Shown here in pieces: positions 62,078-64,000 of a stretch of DNA of 64,000 bases (its first letter is position 1; each line of letters starts with the position of its first letter). The stretch lies in the NCBI GenBank assembly GCA_963662945.1, contig OY759974.1, forward strand, positions 1,856,001 through 1,920,000. The letters are read 5' to 3'. The translations under genes were made by a program, and so were the position numbers. The notes under the pieces were generated by a model. It was not told the origin of the DNA. It saw only the letters and a program-made list of their open reading frames with translations, and ran no database searches. This stretch comes from Arcobacteraceae bacterium (GTDB lineage Bacteria; Campylobacterota; Campylobacteria; Campylobacterales; Arcobacteraceae).

Positions 62078-62560
62078 CTATTCTATATTGAGAATTTGTG
62101 TTTTATTTTTACTTTTCTTAAGATCTTTAGCAATTATTACACTTACAATACCATCTTTATATGTTACTTTGATATTTTCTCTATCTATGTCATCTGGTAA
62201 AGAGATACTTCTATTAAAAGAACCATAGAAGTGTTCTTGTCGTATCATATTTTTTTGTTCATCCTTTGAAAGTGATTTTTTTTCACCGCTTATCGTGAGA
62301 ATATTTTGATTAGTAATTGATACTTTTATATCCTTTTTTTCAATACCCGCTAATTCAAATTTGAAAATATATTGTTTATCATTTTCAAAAGCATTCATTT
62401 TAGGATATGTTTTAAATAGAGTGTCATTATTGAAAAACATAGCAATTTCATCATTAAAATTTTTATAATGATTGTCAAAGTCTGTTGTAAAAAATGATGT
62501 AGCATTAAGTGTAGTAGCTAATGTTAATGCTAAACTAGAGGCTAAAAGTTTTTTAGTCAT
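62078..62560 (-). CDS. Hsp20/alpha-crystallin protein with N-terminal signal peptide
   Basis: ELAGIEKKDIKV, LTISGEK, YGSFNRSISLP, YKDGIV; MTKKLLASSLALTLATTLNA leader; AAGGAG RBS. Confidence 0.88.
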   Translation of the reverse strand: MTKKLLASSLALTLATTLNATSFFTTDFDNHYKNFNDEIAMFFNNDTLFKTYPKMNAFENDKQYIFKFELAGIEKKDIKVSITNQNILTISGEKKSLSKDEQKNMIRQEHFYGSFNRSISLPDDIDRENIKVTYKDGIVSVIIAKDLKKSKNKTQILNIE

Positions 62561-62652
62561 TTGTTGCTCCTTTGATAGTGTATAAAATTATCTTTAGCTT
62601 TGAACTAAAGGGCACATATTATAAAAAATGAAATTTAAATAAAGTTTAAAAA

Positions 62653-62679
62653 TTAGCACTAAATAACTTTAATTGCTAA
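62653..62679. promoter_or_regulatory. CIRCE-like element
   Basis: TTAGCACTA-N9-AATTGCTAA. Confidence 0.7.
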
Positions 62680-62684
62680 AAATA

Positions 62685-62727
62685 TTAGCACTCTGTATTG
62701 ACAAGTGCTAAAAAAGTTTGTTATAAT
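62685..62727 (+). promoter_or_regulatory. CIRCE element overlapping the sigma70 promoter of hsp20
   Basis: TTAGCACTC-N9-AAGTGCTAA (62685-62711); TTGACA 62698-62703, 18 nt, TGt-TATAAT 62722-62727. Confidence 0.88.
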
Positions 62728-62785
62728 ACTTTTGAAATTGGTACATAAATGTTGCCAATTCATAGTTTTAATTAAGGAGATTAAG

Positions 62786-63214
62786 ATGTTAATTACAAGA
62801 TTTGATCCATTTAAGGAATTTACAAATATGCATAAAGTTTTTCAAAATTATCCATCAGTCGTAAGGGATGGTGAGACTGCCATTAGTACATTTACACCTG
62901 TTGTTAATACAAGAGAAGGGGAGTTCGCATATCATATAGATGTGGATTTACCTGGGGTTAAAAAGGAAGATATTTCTATTGATATTGAGGAGGGAAAACT
63001 TACAATTAGTGGAGAAAGAAATATTAAAGAGGAAGTGAAGGAAGAAGACTATTATAAAGTTGAAACATCATTTGGTAAATTTCAAAGAGTGTTTACTATT
63101 CCAAAAAATGTGGATGTAGAGAATATTACAGCATCAACAGAAAATGGTGTATTAGAAGTTGTGATTCCTAAATTAGAAAAAGATAAGAATAAGAAAAAAA
63201 TTGAAATAAAATAA
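62786..63214 (+). CDS. cytoplasmic Hsp20 small heat shock protein
   Basis: AAGGAG then ATG 62786; RFDPF, DLPGVKKEDI, FGKFQRVF, ENGVLEV, IEI tail. Confidence 0.95.
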   Translation: MLITRFDPFKEFTNMHKVFQNYPSVVRDGETAISTFTPVVNTREGEFAYHIDVDLPGVKKEDISIDIEEGKLTISGERNIKEEVKEEDYYKVETSFGKFQRVFTIPKNVDVENITASTENGVLEVVIPKLEKDKNKKKIEIK

Positions 63215-63223
63215 GGAGAAGAG

Positions 63224-63340
63224 ATGGATGCTATTGCTTCAAATATAATAAATAATAAAAGAGATTTCATAGCAATAGTGAGTATTCAAGCAATGACTGC
63301 TATTGGATGTTATCTTTTGATACCATATATGCTAAGTTAA
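63224..63340 (+). CDS. putative 38-aa small membrane protein
   Basis: AAGGAG 63213-63218, ATG 63224, MDAIASNIINNKRDFIAIVSIQAMTAIGCYLLIPYMLS*, lies before the terminator. Confidence 0.55.
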   Translation: MDAIASNIINNKRDFIAIVSIQAMTAIGCYLLIPYMLS

Positions 63341-63366
63341 GAAGATATATTATTTACATATTATAG

Positions 63367-63398
63367 AAAAAGGGAAGGTGAAAATCTTCCCTTTTTTT
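63367..63398 (+). terminator. intrinsic terminator of the hsp20 transcript
   Basis: GGGAAGGT GAAA ATCTTCCC followed by T7. Confidence 0.85.
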
Positions 63399-63412
63399 GT
63401 GTATAATAACTT

Positions 63413-64000
63413 ATGAAACAAATATTATGGTTTAGACGGGATTTAAGAATATCTGACAGTGCACTTTTAGCAAATGCACAACAAAGTATTTTTCCTATTT
63501 TTATTTTTGATAAAAATATTCTTGAAACATTACCAAAGAATGATATACGAGTGACTTTTATTTATCGAAGTGTTTTAAAATTAAAAGCAGAACTTCAATC
63601 AATAGGTCTTGATTTAGCAATCTTTTATGGAAATCCCAAAGAGATTTTTCAATCTTTACAATTAAATCAATATGATGAAGTATTATGTAGTTGTGATTTT
63701 GAATCATATGGGATAAAACGAGATAAAGAAATTGAAACGCTACTACCAATGAAACGTTTCTATGATAGTTTTTTATTAAATCCAGATGATGGTTTAAAAG
63801 AGGATGGAAAACCTTACAAAGTATTTACACCTTTTTATAAAAATCTGAGATTTTTATGGGAGAGTGATAGTATTATTGAATATACTACAACACAAAAATT
63901 ACAAAAGATTGAATATGATTATAGCTATATACCAACGTTAGAAGAGTTAGGTTTTATTCAACAACAATTACCATCTTTTTTAACAAAAAATGCAGAACAA
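63413..64000 (+). CDS. phr: DNA photolyase/cryptochrome family protein (3'-partial; absent from the ORF track)
   Basis: manual translation MKQILWFRRDLRISDS...PIFIFD...KRD...GKPYKVFTPFYK. Confidence 0.9.
   Translation, partial: MKQILWFRRDLRISDSALLANAQQSIFPIFIFDKNILETLPKNDIRVTFIYRSVLKLKAELQSIGLDLAIFYGNPKEIFQSLQLNQYDEVLCSCDFESYGIKRDKEIETLLPMKRFYDSFLLNPDDGLKEDGKPYKVFTPFYKNLRFLWESDSIIEYTTTQKLQKIEYDYSYIPTLEELGFIQQQLPSFLTKNAEQ

Noticed and set aside
62592-62610. CTTTAG-N7-CTAAAG as a HAIR element
   Set aside because: Spacing is 2 nt shorter than HAIR (hexamers separated by N9); kept only as an unassigned palindrome.
62705-62785. N-terminal extension of hsp20, or a ROSE-like RNA thermometer
   Set aside because: The extension overlaps the promoter; the 62736-62760 hairpin does not pair with the Shine-Dalgarno.
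359-63749. short antisense or nested ORFs in the track (e.g. 359-553, 827-1159, 10814-11185, 23761-24177, 46228-46524, 63558-63749)
   Set aside because: They lie on or opposite well-supported genes and have no recognisable motifs.

Overview
AT-rich chromosomal window from a Campylobacterota bacterium, probably Arcobacteraceae-like (inferred from gene order, protein style and TGnTATAAT promoters). 1-20 kb is core housekeeping: hslU, tatD-mltD-rlpA-hisB-kdsC-lptC-lptA-engB-argA, recD2, argJ, rpmB, ABC-F, rseP-pgsA-SDR, MATE. 20.5-22.8 kb is an accessory patch with a complete-looking integron gene cassette: a 55-bp attC, a matching GTTAGACAAT/ATTGTCTAAC core pair and no integrase in the window. 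It is followed by a REP-like hairpin and an antitoxin with a truncated toxin. Next come hrcA-grpE-dnaK with two CIRCE elements and a HAIR-like site, then a bat (VWA/TPR) operon interrupted by a RelE/ParE toxin-antitoxin pair and a 1319-aa NACHT ATPase with a nuclease-like C-terminus (candidate anti-phage system), then tRNA-Leu(GAG). 39-51 kb is dense in sensory genes: GGDEF/EAL proteins, orphan kinases, a LOV kinase and a CxxCH sensor. 51.5-58 kb is an ectABC-orf-regulator-ectD-ask-TPR cluster that carries an atypical HsrA/CosR-like regulator and sits behind a phased array of TACAT-N5-ATGTA palindromes. The window ends with a CZB chemoreceptor, two divergent Hsp20 genes (one with a signal peptide) around tandem CIRCEs, a 38-aa small ORF and a partial photolyase. 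All calls were made by eye, without database searches.
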